NCBI GenBank assembly: GCA_963745035.1
Contig: CAVUVW010000014.1
Location: 384,001 to 448,000, forward strand
From: an uncultured delta proteobacterium
GTDB lineage: Bacteria; Desulfobacterota; Binatia; UBA9968
Direction of reading: 5' to 3'
Length of the DNA stretch: 64,000 bases
Part shown: positions 52,488 through 63,065 of the stretch, piece after piece
Position numbering within the stretch: the stretch's first letter is position 1
Layout: each line of letters opens with the position of its first letter
Translations under genes and position numbers: made by a program
Notes under the pieces: model-generated
What the model was told of the DNA's origin: nothing
The model's input: the letters and a program-made list of their open reading frames with translations, nothing else
Databases searched by the model: none

Positions 52488-54287
52488 ATGATAGGACTAG
52501 TGAACCTAGCGAGCACTGCGGTTGTAAAAAGAAACTTGGCATCGGGGTTCAACGTGAATTGGCCTATTGTTCGAGCGCTGTTTCTGATCGCGATTATTTG
52601 CTTCCCGGCTGGAGCGCGGGCTGCCGTCGTCGACCCAACCGGCCGATCGGGAGAGGCTCCCACTCTGCCACAGGACTTTCAGCCGCCGAAACCTCAGCCA
52701 GGGACACTCTTGCCGCCTGCGCCACTGGCGCCCACAGGCGATCCCATTCCGGGTTTGCGTGTCTTCGTGCGCGAGATCAAGGTTACCGGTAGCACGGTAT
52801 TTTCGGCGGACGAGCTGGGAAAACTAACGGCTCCTTATTTGAACCGCGAGGTCACGTCGGAGGATCTCGAAGCGCTGCGAGTCGCCTTGACGCTGCTCTA
52901 CGTCAACAATGGCTACGTCAATTCGGGGGCGATTCTGCCGGACCAGAAGGTTGCCGACGGCGTGCTGAATTATCAAATCATCGAGGGCAGCTTGACCGGG
53001 ATTGATGTGCGGGGTAACCGCTGGTTTCGCTCGAGTTACTTTCAAAAGCGTTTTTTACTCGACGCCGGCCCTCCGCTTAACGTCAACGCGTTGCAGCAGC
53101 GCTTACAGCTCATGCTCGAGGACTCCCGCATTCAACGCCTGAATGCGGAATTGCGACCGGGAGTCGCTCGCGGTGAGGGCATTTTGGATGTTCGGGTCGA
53201 GGAGCCGCGTCCCTACCGACTTTCGTTCGAATACAACAATTATCAGTCCCCTTCCGTTGGCGAGGACCGTGGCATCGTCGCCTTAGAACACCGAAACGTC
53301 ACCGGCAACGGGGATGTATTCACCGGGCAGTATGGGAGATCGCGAGGGCTCGATCCCCTGCTCGATTTTAAGTACTCATTCCCGGTGACGGCCCGTGACA
53401 CGATCCTCAGCTATCAGTACCGTAGAAATACCTTCTCTGTGATCGAGCAGCCGTTCGAGGATCTCGACATCGAAAGCAAATCGGACGTCTATACTTTGTC
53501 CGTGCGGCATCCGATTTATCGCACGCTCAATAATGAGATAGCTCTTGACCTCACTGGCGAGCGCCTGTCGCACAAAACGACTCTGTTGGGTGAAAAGTTT
53601 TCATTGGAGCCGGGAGCACGAAACGGCCGCACCGCGGTTACCGCCTTGCGGCCGGGTCTCGAGTGGGTGTACAAGTCGCAGAACCAGGTGATCGCCGCGC
53701 GTTCCCGCTTCTCGTTCGGAATTGATGCGATAGATGCAACGGTTAATGATAATGGCTTGCCCGATGGTAAGTTCTTCGCCTGGCTGGGCCAGTTCCAATG
53801 GGTCCGCCGCCTCGGTGTCTTGGACAGCTATTTTATCTTTAGAAGCGATGTTCAACTCGCTAATGATCCGCTTTTATCGCTCGAACAAATCTCCGTCGGT
53901 GGCCGCTACAGCGTCAGAGGATATCGAGAGAACACCCTGTTGAGAGACAGGGCGCTGATCACTTCTTTTGAGACGCGCCTGCCTTTGATCCCGCTGATGA
54001 GAAATTTCTTCGGGGTCGATTTGAATAGCTACGGCTTTCAATACTTAGAACTGGCGCCGTTCTACGATTTCGGACGGGGTTGGAACAAAGAGCTAAAGAC
54101 TCCCCAACCGCAAGACATTTCAAGTGTCGGCGTCGGTCTTCGATGGGCGGTTGCATATCCCTGGCTTGTGACTATTCGGCCTCAGTTCGAAGTATATTGG
54201 GGCCATCGGTTGAGAAAGGTTTTCAATCCGAGAGACTCTCTCCAGGACAACGGGGTCCACCTGCAATTTGTACTCGGATTCTTCTAG
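52488..54287 (+). CDS. ShlB/FhaC/HecB family TpsB outer-membrane transporter
   Basis: POTRA (IKVTGSTVFS, YVNNGYVNS), GGRYSVRGYREN and a terminal aromatic residue. Start is uncertain. Confidence 0.92.
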   Translation: MIGLVNLASTAVVKRNLASGFNVNWPIVRALFLIAIICFPAGARAAVVDPTGRSGEAPTLPQDFQPPKPQPGTLLPPAPLAPTGDPIPGLRVFVREIKVTGSTVFSADELGKLTAPYLNREVTSEDLEALRVALTLLYVNNGYVNSGAILPDQKVADGVLNYQIIEGSLTGIDVRGNRWFRSSYFQKRFLLDAGPPLNVNALQQRLQLMLEDSRIQRLNAELRPGVARGEGILDVRVEEPRPYRLSFEYNNYQSPSVGEDRGIVALEHRNVTGNGDVFTGQYGRSRGLDPLLDFKYSFPVTARDTILSYQYRRNTFSVIEQPFEDLDIESKSDVYTLSVRHPIYRTLNNEIALDLTGERLSHKTTLLGEKFSLEPGARNGRTAVTALRPGLEWVYKSQNQVIAARSRFSFGIDAIDATVNDNGLPDGKFFAWLGQFQWVRRLGVLDSYFIFRSDVQLANDPLLSLEQISVGGRYSVRGYRENTLLRDRALITSFETRLPLIPLMRNFFGVDLNSYGFQYLELAPFYDFGRGWNKELKTPQPQDISSVGVGLRWAVAYPWLVTIRPQFEVYWGHRLRKVFNPRDSLQDNGVHLQFVLGFF

Positions 54288-54619
54288 CGCAGAGCCTACG
54301 CGATCAATACCTTATCGGTTGTCGTTCTGAGGCGCAGCCGGAAAATCTGCTTATTGTGTCCATCGGAAAAGCAGATGCTTCGCGGAGTTTACCCTGACTT
54401 TGATCCGAAGGACTCAGCATGACATCCACAGGATTCGTCGCGATCGCTTTTCCTCTGTGGGCGAGCGTAAGATCAGAACTCGCTTGGTGGTGAATAGGAA
54501 AACGTCGATCGAGCGCCGAAGAATTAAGGGCACACAAGTCGTAGCGCGGGAGCTAAAAAAAGAGCCTCGGTGGCTGGCAGGGGAATATTCCACCCGCCTA
54601 ACCGCTTAAATGCCGATCA

Positions 54620-55294
54620 TCACTCGTTGGTGGAAGGCAATCCAACCTGAGTCAGCAGAGCTGCCCGCTGCTTGTGCAGTTCTACGTTCTGCGGCGCGGC
54701 GTCGATCAGATCCGAGATCGACTGCAAGGCGTCGTACCAAATTCCAGCTTCAGCATAGATGAAGGGCTTCTCGTTGTTGGCCGATTGCGCTAGCTTGGCT
54801 TTGAGCGGTTCCGGCATGTCGACCCGCTCAATGATACCGCCGGCCAGTATGTCTTTAGAGCGCCGGTCGGCATCGGGAACCACCGCGACAAACCATCGAT
54901 ACGCCATGCCCGGCTTGAGATGAATTTTATAGTCAACGAGTCGAACCTGCTGAATTCCCGACTTAACAGGAGCAGGAAGCCGTGTTTCCAGGATCGGTTG
55001 AATGCCCTGCGGCTCCATCACGGTCAGTTCGATCGGCAGGGAGGTCACGTTGGAGATGAACCAGTAAAGGGACGGTTGTTCGCTGGTCGTGAACCCACTG
55101 TGATCCGGCGCCAAAACCGAAAGAACGAAAACGTTCTTGTCACCTCTAGTGCCGCCGCCGACGCGGCCCCCGGGTGCTCCCCGGGGCGGAAGTTTATAAA
55201 CCGGAACTGTCGCATCCGCCGCTAACAAAGGTAACACCGTCGCTAGAATGAAAATCGCAGCTGAACAGCAAACCATCGGCCTTAGGTACTTCAT
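54620..55294 (-). CDS. DUF928 domain protein (exported)
   Basis: Signal peptide, PPRGAPGGRVGGGTRG, PSLYWF and YAEAGIWYDAL. Confidence 0.88.
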   Translation of the reverse strand: MKYLRPMVCCSAAIFILATVLPLLAADATVPVYKLPPRGAPGGRVGGGTRGDKNVFVLSVLAPDHSGFTTSEQPSLYWFISNVTSLPIELTVMEPQGIQPILETRLPAPVKSGIQQVRLVDYKIHLKPGMAYRWFVAVVPDADRRSKDILAGGIIERVDMPEPLKAKLAQSANNEKPFIYAEAGIWYDALQSISDLIDAAPQNVELHKQRAALLTQVGLPSTNE

Positions 55295-55646
55295 GATTCT
55301 TTCCTCCTTCGCATACGACGCGTAACATCGCGCCAGCCGCCGGCAGGAACTCGCATCTGCCCGAGAGCGTAGCCTCCCAATTTATCCCGACTCTATTCTA
55401 TAATTTCCCTTTTAGCTATCTATGTTCCGCGTACCGCAACTCACGTTTACCGTCAATGCCATGCACCGGCTCTTTCGTAGCTTAGCGAAAACGTCCCATC
55501 GGATAAAATCTTTTCGGCGAAGCAGTGAGATCAGGATAAAAGCGATTGGCGAGTTTGAGACATGACACACGCCCACGCGATGCTTTCGGCAAAACGGGGT
55601 GATGCTCGTCAAGTCGCATATTGTCGCGGGATTCTGCTGGCTTTTG

Positions 55647-57956
55647 TTAGAGCCAATTATTGATCATCAGGAACGCAGACCAATATCCTGGGTGTTCATA
55701 ACGCGGATTTTCAATCAATTTCAGTTGCGCCCGCTGCAGAGCGACCGCTCTCGATATCGCCGGGTTCTTAACTTCGCGGTAAAAGTCCAGAACCAAGCCC
55801 ACTGTCGCTTCGTCGTTGATGTTCCATAAAGTCGCGAGGGCGCTTCTGGCCCCTGCCTTAATCGCCATTCCCGCCAGGCCCAAAGCAGCTCGGTCATCGC
55901 CGGCCGCGGTGTCGCACGCGCTCAAGGTGAGTAGCTCTAACGGATCATCACGAAATCTGAAGACTCCGACCATCTGATTGAGTCGGTCCAACGACAACTT
56001 GTCATCGAAAGTGAGCAGGAAAGTGTTTTCGACATCGTTCCCAAACTCTCCATGCGAAGCGACATGGACGATGGTGAATTCCTCGTCCTTCAACTTCTTT
56101 TCCAAATTGGCCGCGAGAAACTCGCGGTTGACAAGGTTCTGACTTCCCAGAAGAGTGTGCATTTGTTGCAGCTCCGCCGCGACATTAGGCAATGCCGGAA
56201 ACCCCTGCACCGCCTCCGTCACGCCGACAGCCAACACCTTCATATTTTCTCGCTTGAGTGGGCGAGGATCGCTGAGATTCAAGCTGGGAGTGATCCCTAC
56301 GGCGTATTTGGCGATCAAAAACTGCTTCCCGTCATGCAGGGCCGTCATCGGAATCGTTCGGAGCGCTCCGTCAGGGACGAAAACCAGGGTATCGATGGGC
56401 GACGCCGCAAGGTCCGCCTCCAACGGTCGGATCAGCCAATCATAGAGTTTTTGCGCGTGAGGCAGGTACTCCCGCGTCGTTCGTTTTTCCAGCCTGCGGC
56501 GCAATTGGCGCACCTCCTCTGTGAGCGTCGCCGCGCCGACGGGAACCGATACTCGTTTTAGCCCGCTCGGCAAGCTTAGGAGCAGCTCGGTTCGATCTGC
56601 CAGGAGGATCGGGTAGATGACAACCGCTGTCTGGGCCACGACATCGAGCGTGGTGATTTTCGATAGGGCAGTATCGACGCAATCGTCACGGAAGTAATCG
56701 CGCAATTCGGCCGCCTTAAACAATTCGATAGTCTCGCGCGCTTCGATCAGGTAGGGCCCGACTTGGTCGCGGTCCTGCAGCGACGCTGCGCGTTGCAGCA
56801 GCAGATCCACCAACTCAAAATACACGGGTCCCATACTCTCTCGGAACGAAGTTTGTGGAGCTCCATAGCTGACCGACAGCTCGGGTCGAATCGATTGAAG
56901 CGTTCGCACGGCGCGGCGGTAGGCTCCAATCGCGTCGTCGATCGTTCCGATTTTCCGTAGTAGACGTCCCGTTTGCCATTCCCAGCGATAAAGCGATTCA
57001 GGCGCATTGACTTGCTGGGCTGCGAACGTCGCCCTGCGAGTCAACTGCAAAGCCTCTTGGTAGCGCTGTTCGTCTTCGTACAAACTGCCGAGATGGCCCC
57101 AAGCGTAGGACGACATGCGGCGGTCTCCGATACTCTCGGCCGTCGTGGCCGCTTCACTAAGCGCCTTATGCGCAAGCAGTAAAAGAGACTCTTTTGCGTC
57201 CGGTAAATTTGGACGCAGATCGAAATAGCCCAGCCCGATGTTAACTAAGCCCGCTGCTTTGTCGTGTGATGGTTCCAAGGCAGCCATTTGATCCAACGCC
57301 TTGTCGAGCAGCGCTTTAGCCTCCTTATGTTGGTTGATATTTGTTGACGCGGTTGCGGCATTGACCAGCGCGGTTGCAACCAGCGAGTGGTTATTGCCCA
57401 CGGATGCGAGAGACACACTCTCCTTGTAGGCGGCGAGGGCTTCGGTGTATTTTTTTTGTTGTGTTAGAAGATTTCCGAGGTTGTTCAGGATGATTGCGGA
57501 TACATCCTGGTTCTTCAGTTCTCTTGCCAAGCGAAGCCCTTCATCAAGGTGTTTTCGAGCTGTTTCCAAAGGGCCGGTGGCAATATAAACGTTGCCCAAG
57601 GTTGCTCGCGCAATAGCAAGCTGCGTTCTATCATTCGACTTATCAGCGAGCGCCAGAGCCGACTCGAGATTTTGTAAGGCGTCCCTATAGTGACCAAGCG
57701 CCTGGTATGCTTGAGCGAGGTGAATGAGCGCGCTACTCTGTTCGCTGAACTTTTGCTCTGCTTCGTACAATCGCGCGGCTTCTCGCCAACTCAATGTTGC
57801 CTGCTCGAAATCACCGTGCTGCGATAGGCGCAAGCCCTCTTTCATACGTTGCTCCGCCGAAGGAGATGCCGAGGCGGGCAAAGTGGCGGCTAACGAGACT
57901 GGAAGATTTCCAACAGAAGTGAGAATGGCGAGTGCTAGAATTCGCCCAGTACACAT
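55647..57956 (-). CDS. Exported TPR + CHAT (caspase-like) protease
   Basis: Signal-like N-terminus and TPRs, then FVPDGAL, HVASHG (His), LSACDTA (Cys), LATLWNI and HPGYWSAF. Confidence 0.92.
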   Translation of the reverse strand: MCTGRILALAILTSVGNLPVSLAATLPASASPSAEQRMKEGLRLSQHGDFEQATLSWREAARLYEAEQKFSEQSSALIHLAQAYQALGHYRDALQNLESALALADKSNDRTQLAIARATLGNVYIATGPLETARKHLDEGLRLARELKNQDVSAIILNNLGNLLTQQKKYTEALAAYKESVSLASVGNNHSLVATALVNAATASTNINQHKEAKALLDKALDQMAALEPSHDKAAGLVNIGLGYFDLRPNLPDAKESLLLLAHKALSEAATTAESIGDRRMSSYAWGHLGSLYEDEQRYQEALQLTRRATFAAQQVNAPESLYRWEWQTGRLLRKIGTIDDAIGAYRRAVRTLQSIRPELSVSYGAPQTSFRESMGPVYFELVDLLLQRAASLQDRDQVGPYLIEARETIELFKAAELRDYFRDDCVDTALSKITTLDVVAQTAVVIYPILLADRTELLLSLPSGLKRVSVPVGAATLTEEVRQLRRRLEKRTTREYLPHAQKLYDWLIRPLEADLAASPIDTLVFVPDGALRTIPMTALHDGKQFLIAKYAVGITPSLNLSDPRPLKRENMKVLAVGVTEAVQGFPALPNVAAELQQMHTLLGSQNLVNREFLAANLEKKLKDEEFTIVHVASHGEFGNDVENTFLLTFDDKLSLDRLNQMVGVFRFRDDPLELLTLSACDTAAGDDRAALGLAGMAIKAGARSALATLWNINDEATVGLVLDFYREVKNPAISRAVALQRAQLKLIENPRYEHPGYWSAFLMINNWL

Positions 57957-58323
57957 AACCGGAAAGAAAAGCGACGTATTGCCTGAACAGCACGATTCAA
58001 TAACATAACTTTTTACGTCTCGTCAGTTACTTGAAAGGCGCCCGATCTATATCGCGGAATCTTCTCTTAATCAATCTCTGCCGATGCCCAGGATTTTCTC
58101 TCGGGTGTTAAGAGTTTTAGTCGGGTTTAGAGGGGCGGAGTCAGCCGTTATGCCGTGCAATCAGGCCGCCTTGGGTCGAAGAGCTGAAATGTGGCCGTAG
58201 TCGACTGAAATGGCACTATCATGAGACAGTGAAGGAACATGGGGCAATATTGGGTTTCAGTGTTCAGGTTTCAGGATTAAAAGTTTCTTGACATCGATAC
58301 CTCAAACCTGAAGGAGAAACACA

Positions 58324-58844
58324 ATGAAGTTTCATTTCGTGAAAACAAGTATGAGCGTTGCCCTAGCGACGGTAGTCTCGGCAGTCGTGATAGTGGCTTG
58401 CGGCCCAGCGAGCACATCAAGAGATACCGCCGGTAGCAGGGAAATTGTCACGGCTCGCAGACAGCTCGATGATCACATGGCGGAATGTACCAAACGCTAC
58501 GGTTATGATCCCGAAGCTGGCTCCAAACTTGGGGCAAATGTCCTTGGGCCAGGTGAGCGAGAATGGCGGGGCTGCGTCTATCAGGGAATCGAAAAGTACT
58601 TGATCCCGAGAACGCTGAGCCCCGAAGTCATACCGACGCGCGATTGCCGAGGACCGCAAGATGACCGACAGCCATCGCCAAAGGCGAGATGACCCGCGCG
58701 CAGCGTCAGGCTCGTGTCCAACAGATGCTTGAAGAGATCGACCGGATAGAGGAAGCAAACCGGGCTAAGCAAGACATCGATCGCTTGGAGATGGAGATGC
58801 GACAGGACATGATGCGGCGGTCGCTCAGTCCGCTTGTGCGTTGA
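58324..58844 (+). CDS. Hypothetical lipoprotein (frameshift ~58630)
   Basis: AAGGAG RBS, lipobox VIVAC, two further Cys and a helical C-terminus in the alternate frame. Confidence 0.7.
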
Positions 58845-59062
58845 GGCGGCGTCCACAGCATGGACGGCTTTGGTAAGCAGAATTAGCGCAGTCAGCGGCG
58901 ATTGGAGAACTGCCCCATGCAATAAATAACTCAGTTATCGCTTGACCTCCCGACTAAAGCGCTTTCGCTTGGTCATCGAACAGGTTTCTTGTCCCCTATT
59001 TCGGTGTCCGTTTCACCCGGGCGAGGTCAATCGAATCTTCTTTCGAGGTTAAAAAATTTTCA

Positions 59063-61198
59063 TCATTTCTCCTGCATGACCACCAGGACTCCGTTTTCGC
59101 CCGCCGCCAGCCGCCAGGCATGAAACGCCGCGGGCGCGTCGGCCGGAAAATCGCGGTGCAGCGCAGCGAAAAGTTCCGCGGCTTCAGGTTTTTCCTGGCT
59201 TAGCGCAGCATAGGCTTCGGCGTAGCGCGCCAGCAGCGCCGGCGGGTCGGCCGGAGAGACCGGCGCCAGGATAGGGTACGGCATTCTTTCGGCCTTTCAC
59301 GATTATGTCACCAACCGGACGAAACGCTATGGCGCCGGCACTGCGCGGCGGTCTCGCCGGTCACCGCTACATGGCTGCCGATATACTTGTTCAGCCCCTC
59401 CACGCGGGAGGCGGTGTTCAGCGTATCGCCCAGCGCGCCGTATTTCAGCTTGCCGTGCGTGCCGATATTGCCGACCAGCGCCATGCCGGTATGCACGCCG
59501 ATGCGGGTATGGCCCCACTCGATGCCGCGCGCCGCAAGCTCGGCACTGAAAGCGCTGGCCGCGCTTGTCCATCGCCAGAGCGGCGGCCACGGCGCGGTCA
59601 GCGTGGTCTGCCTGGTGCATCGGCGCACCGAACAGCACCACCAGGCCGTCGCCGATGAAGTCGTTTACCAGGCCGCCATTTTGCACCACCACATCTGTCA
59701 GCACGCCGAAATAGTCGCCTAGCAGCGCGGCCACGGTGGCAGCGTCCAAGTTCTCGGCCGTGGTGGTGAAGCCGGCGATATCGGTGAAGATAGCGGTGAC
59801 CTCGCGGTGCTCGCCACCAAAGCTCGGCAGGGTGTCGCCCTGCATCATCTGGCTGATGATGCGCGGGTCGAGGTAGCTCTCGAAGCTGCGGCGTAGTTGG
59901 GCACGTTCCCGCAGCCCGACCGAGTGCATGACGAAGTTGCAACCTGCCGCGCTCAGTACCCAGGCCAGCGCCACCGGCACGCCTGGCAACAACACTCCAG
60001 CCTCGAAGCCCCAGGCGGTGGCGCCAGCCACCAATCCAAGGGCTAGCAGCAGCGCCACCAACACCACCAGCACACGCCAGACCAGCAGCGCCAGCACCGC
60101 GCCGGCCATGGCCGCGGCCCAGATGGCGACATGGTCCAGCACGCGCGGCAACGGTACCGGGTTGCGCGCTTCGCCATTGGCTAGGCGGATCAGCTGGTCA
60201 GCGGTGTGCGCATGCAGTGCAATCCCGATAAGCGCTCCCTCGCCGCTCCAGCCTGTACTCAACGGGGTGGCGAAACTATCCTTGATGGAAAGCGCCGCGG
60301 TGCCGACCAGCACAATGCGGTCGCGCAGCGTCTCCGCCAGCTCCGGCCGGTCGATGATCTCGGCGAAGCTGATCTGGCGGAAGCGCCGGTGGCCGCCGCG
60401 AAAATCCAATAGCATCTGGTAGCCAGCGGCATCCACCCGTGCATAGGGACCATAGGGCTGGTTCAGCAGCGGGATGCGGCCTTGGCCTAGCGCCAGGTCA
60501 TCGTCCATCGGGCGCAGTTGCTGGCCGGTGTAACGTTCGGCCAGAGAGACGCCCATGGTGCGCCAGTTTGTACCGGTGCGTTCATCGGCGGCGAAAAGCA
60601 GTGCCCGGCGCACCACACCGCCGGCATCCGTCACGTGGTCGGCCAGTACCTCGCGGCCAGTCCCTCGCAGTACCGGCGGCGGCGGAACACCGGTATTGCC
60701 CTCGTCCGGCAGCTTGAAGACCCAATAAAGGTTGTCCTGCGCCCGCTGGATGGCTTGCAACGCCTCGTTGCCCGGCGGCATGGGCAAGTCGCGGTACAGA
60801 TCCACGCCCACCGCCTTCGGCCCGCCGGCGAAGACGCGTGCCAGCACGGCAGAAAGGTCGTTGTCGCGGATGGGATAACCGAAGCGGTTAATATCCGCTT
60901 CGGTGGTGACCACCAGCACCACGCGGTCGCTTTCCTGTGACCCGGCAAAGAAGGTCACCAGCCTGTCGTACGACGAAAGCTCCAACCCTTGCAGCCAGCC
61001 GGCTTCCCGCAGCGGCACCAGTAGCAGGGCCACCAGGCTTGCCACCATCAGCGCCTTGACGAAACGCCGGCGCAGCAGGGCGGCCAGCCAATGCCGCGTT
61101 CGTGCTGGCGCGCCTTGCGCCGCCTGGCCTGCGCCGCCATCGATCTTAACGTCGCGGGATCTTTGACCAACTCCTAAAGTCGGTTGGGTTCCGGGCAT
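59063..61198 (-). CDS. CHASE2 + TM + class III nucleotidyl cyclase (frameshifts ~59570 and ~59330)
   Basis: LELSSYD, AVGVDLYRD, DAGGVVRR, RIVLVG and GIALHA, then three TMs, FTDIAGFT, FIGDG and GDTLNTASRVEGLNK. Confidence 0.9.
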
Positions 61199-61588
61199 GC
61201 CTTATTGATATTCTCGCGACTCTTCACAGCGATCGCGTAGAGAGGTTGGGAGTTTGTCTTTTAACAGCGCCTCATGGGGTTCCCCCATAAAGTTCTGATC
61301 CACACTTTTCGCATTTTCTTTCATTGAATGCGTCCAACAGGTTCTCAAAATAAACCGCAACACGCCCTAGTTTCGGCGGATAGGCTGTAACTACGAACAC
61401 ATTCTGAAGTCGAACATTTCCTTAACTTCCGGTACGGGATATCCGCATGGCGTTTTCTGAAACGAACTTTCCCATCTTCTCGCTCGCAAATACAAACTTC
61501 AGGCGAGAATCCTAATGTGGCCATAATGATGTGTCAATCATTGGAAGGGAAGGGGGATAAAGACATGGGTAACAGAGGATTTTCTCCC

Positions 61589-61751
61589 ATGACGACTCTT
61601 TGTATTTTTCTGTTCTATTATTGGCAGGGCTCGGATTCCCCTTCACGGCTCATGCGACCGACGAACCGCTGGCCGTAGTCGACGGGGTACGATTGGCTCC
61701 GAGAAGTTTGAAGACAGTCTGGCGGGGCAGTTACATCAACTCCAGACTTGA
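61589..61751 (+). pseudogene. Truncated paralogous fragment of the downstream DsbA-family N-terminus
   Basis: LLLAGLGFPFTAHATDEPLAVVDGV aligns with LILVCLGYPHTAQAAGDTLAEVDGV. Confidence 0.65.
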
Positions 61752-61830
61752 CCTGATCGCCCCATCTTGCGGATTGAAACACGGTGGTGTAAGGCTCTAG
61801 TCCTCAAACCATACAATAAAGGACGATTCC

Positions 61831-62853
61831 ATGAGGGCTTTTGCGACGTTACTGATACTGGTATGCCTCGGATATCCACATACAGCTCAAGCGGCAGGCG
61901 ATACGCTAGCCGAGGTCGACGGCGTTCCGATCACCTCCGAGGAAGTTGAGAAGCCTCTGGCGTCGCAGCTGAGCAAGCTCGAAGAGCAAATTTACAACAT
62001 GAAGCGCCAACGTGTTGAGGCGCTTATCAATGAGAAACTTCTTGCTAAAGAGGCAGCGAAAAGAAGCCTCTCGGTTCCGGCGCTTCTCGATGCCGAAGTC
62101 ACCTCGAAAGTCGGTCTAGTCACAGAGCAGGAGATTGAAAAATTTTACGAGCAAAACAAAGCCCAGCTGAAAGGCGAAAAGAGCAGTCTGCGGGAACAAA
62201 TCAGGCCTCACCTGCAAAATCAGAAACTAGCTGCGAAGCGAGAAGAATTTCTAAAATCGCTCCGCTCGCAAGCCAAAATCGTAGTTAACCTGAAGCCGCC
62301 GCACGTCCCTCGGGTCGAAGTGGCGGTGGAGGGAGCACCTTTTAAAGGACCTGAGAAAGCGCCGGTTACCATAGTTGAGTTTTCGGACTTTCACTGCCCG
62401 TTTTGCCAGCAGGTTCTCCCCACTCTCGCTCAAATCGAATCGCAGTACGGCGACAAAATAAAGCTTGTCTTTCGTGACTTTCCGATCGAGGGCATACATC
62501 CGGGAGCGAGCAAGGCCCACGAGGCGGCGCGCTGCGCACACGAACAGGGCAAATTTTGGGCTTATCACGATAAGTTATTTGCTAGTCCGCCGAAGTCCAG
62601 CCCGGAAATCTTCAAAGCGATCGCCAAGGAGCTCGCGCTCGACATGACTCGCTTTGGGACCTGTTTCGATAGCGGGAGGTATCAGGCCATCGTCAAGAAA
62701 GACGTCGAGGAAGGGAATCGCCTAGGCGTAACGGGCACTCCCGGCTTCTTCATCAACGGCCGCAGTGTTTCAGGCGCGCAGCCGCTGGAGGCTTTCACGC
62801 GCATTATCGATGACGAACTGTCCCGCGGTGCTATCCAGAGCGGTACTCGTTAG
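61831..62853 (+). CDS. DsbA-family thioredoxin-fold protein with SurA-like N-terminal helical domain
   Basis: APVTIVEFSDFHCPFC, FRDFP and GVTGTPGFFING. Confidence 0.9.
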   Translation: MRAFATLLILVCLGYPHTAQAAGDTLAEVDGVPITSEEVEKPLASQLSKLEEQIYNMKRQRVEALINEKLLAKEAAKRSLSVPALLDAEVTSKVGLVTEQEIEKFYEQNKAQLKGEKSSLREQIRPHLQNQKLAAKREEFLKSLRSQAKIVVNLKPPHVPRVEVAVEGAPFKGPEKAPVTIVEFSDFHCPFCQQVLPTLAQIESQYGDKIKLVFRDFPIEGIHPGASKAHEAARCAHEQGKFWAYHDKLFASPPKSSPEIFKAIAKELALDMTRFGTCFDSGRYQAIVKKDVEEGNRLGVTGTPGFFINGRSVSGAQPLEAFTRIIDDELSRGAIQSGTR

Positions 62854-62895
62854 CTTCGGAAGATTTGGCCTATTGTTTGAGTTAGGTTAAGTTGG

Positions 62896-62933
62896 AAAGG
62901 GGGAAAGGTTCTAGAACCTTTCCCCCTTTTGTT
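62896..62933. terminator. Intrinsic terminator (perfect palindrome, probably bidirectional)
   Basis: AAAGGGGGAAAGGTTCT|AGAACCTTTCCCCCTTT followed by TGTTT, 42 nt after the DsbA stop. Confidence 0.8.
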
Positions 62934-63065
62934 TCGTCTATGTCGCAGTAGCGAAGACGGAAACCATTAATTCCGGCACGAAGCCAAGTTTAAATCGATT
63001 CATTGTTGACCGCTGTTGACAAACTCAGCTATAGACTGCTCGACACCTTCAGAACCTTAAGCCGA

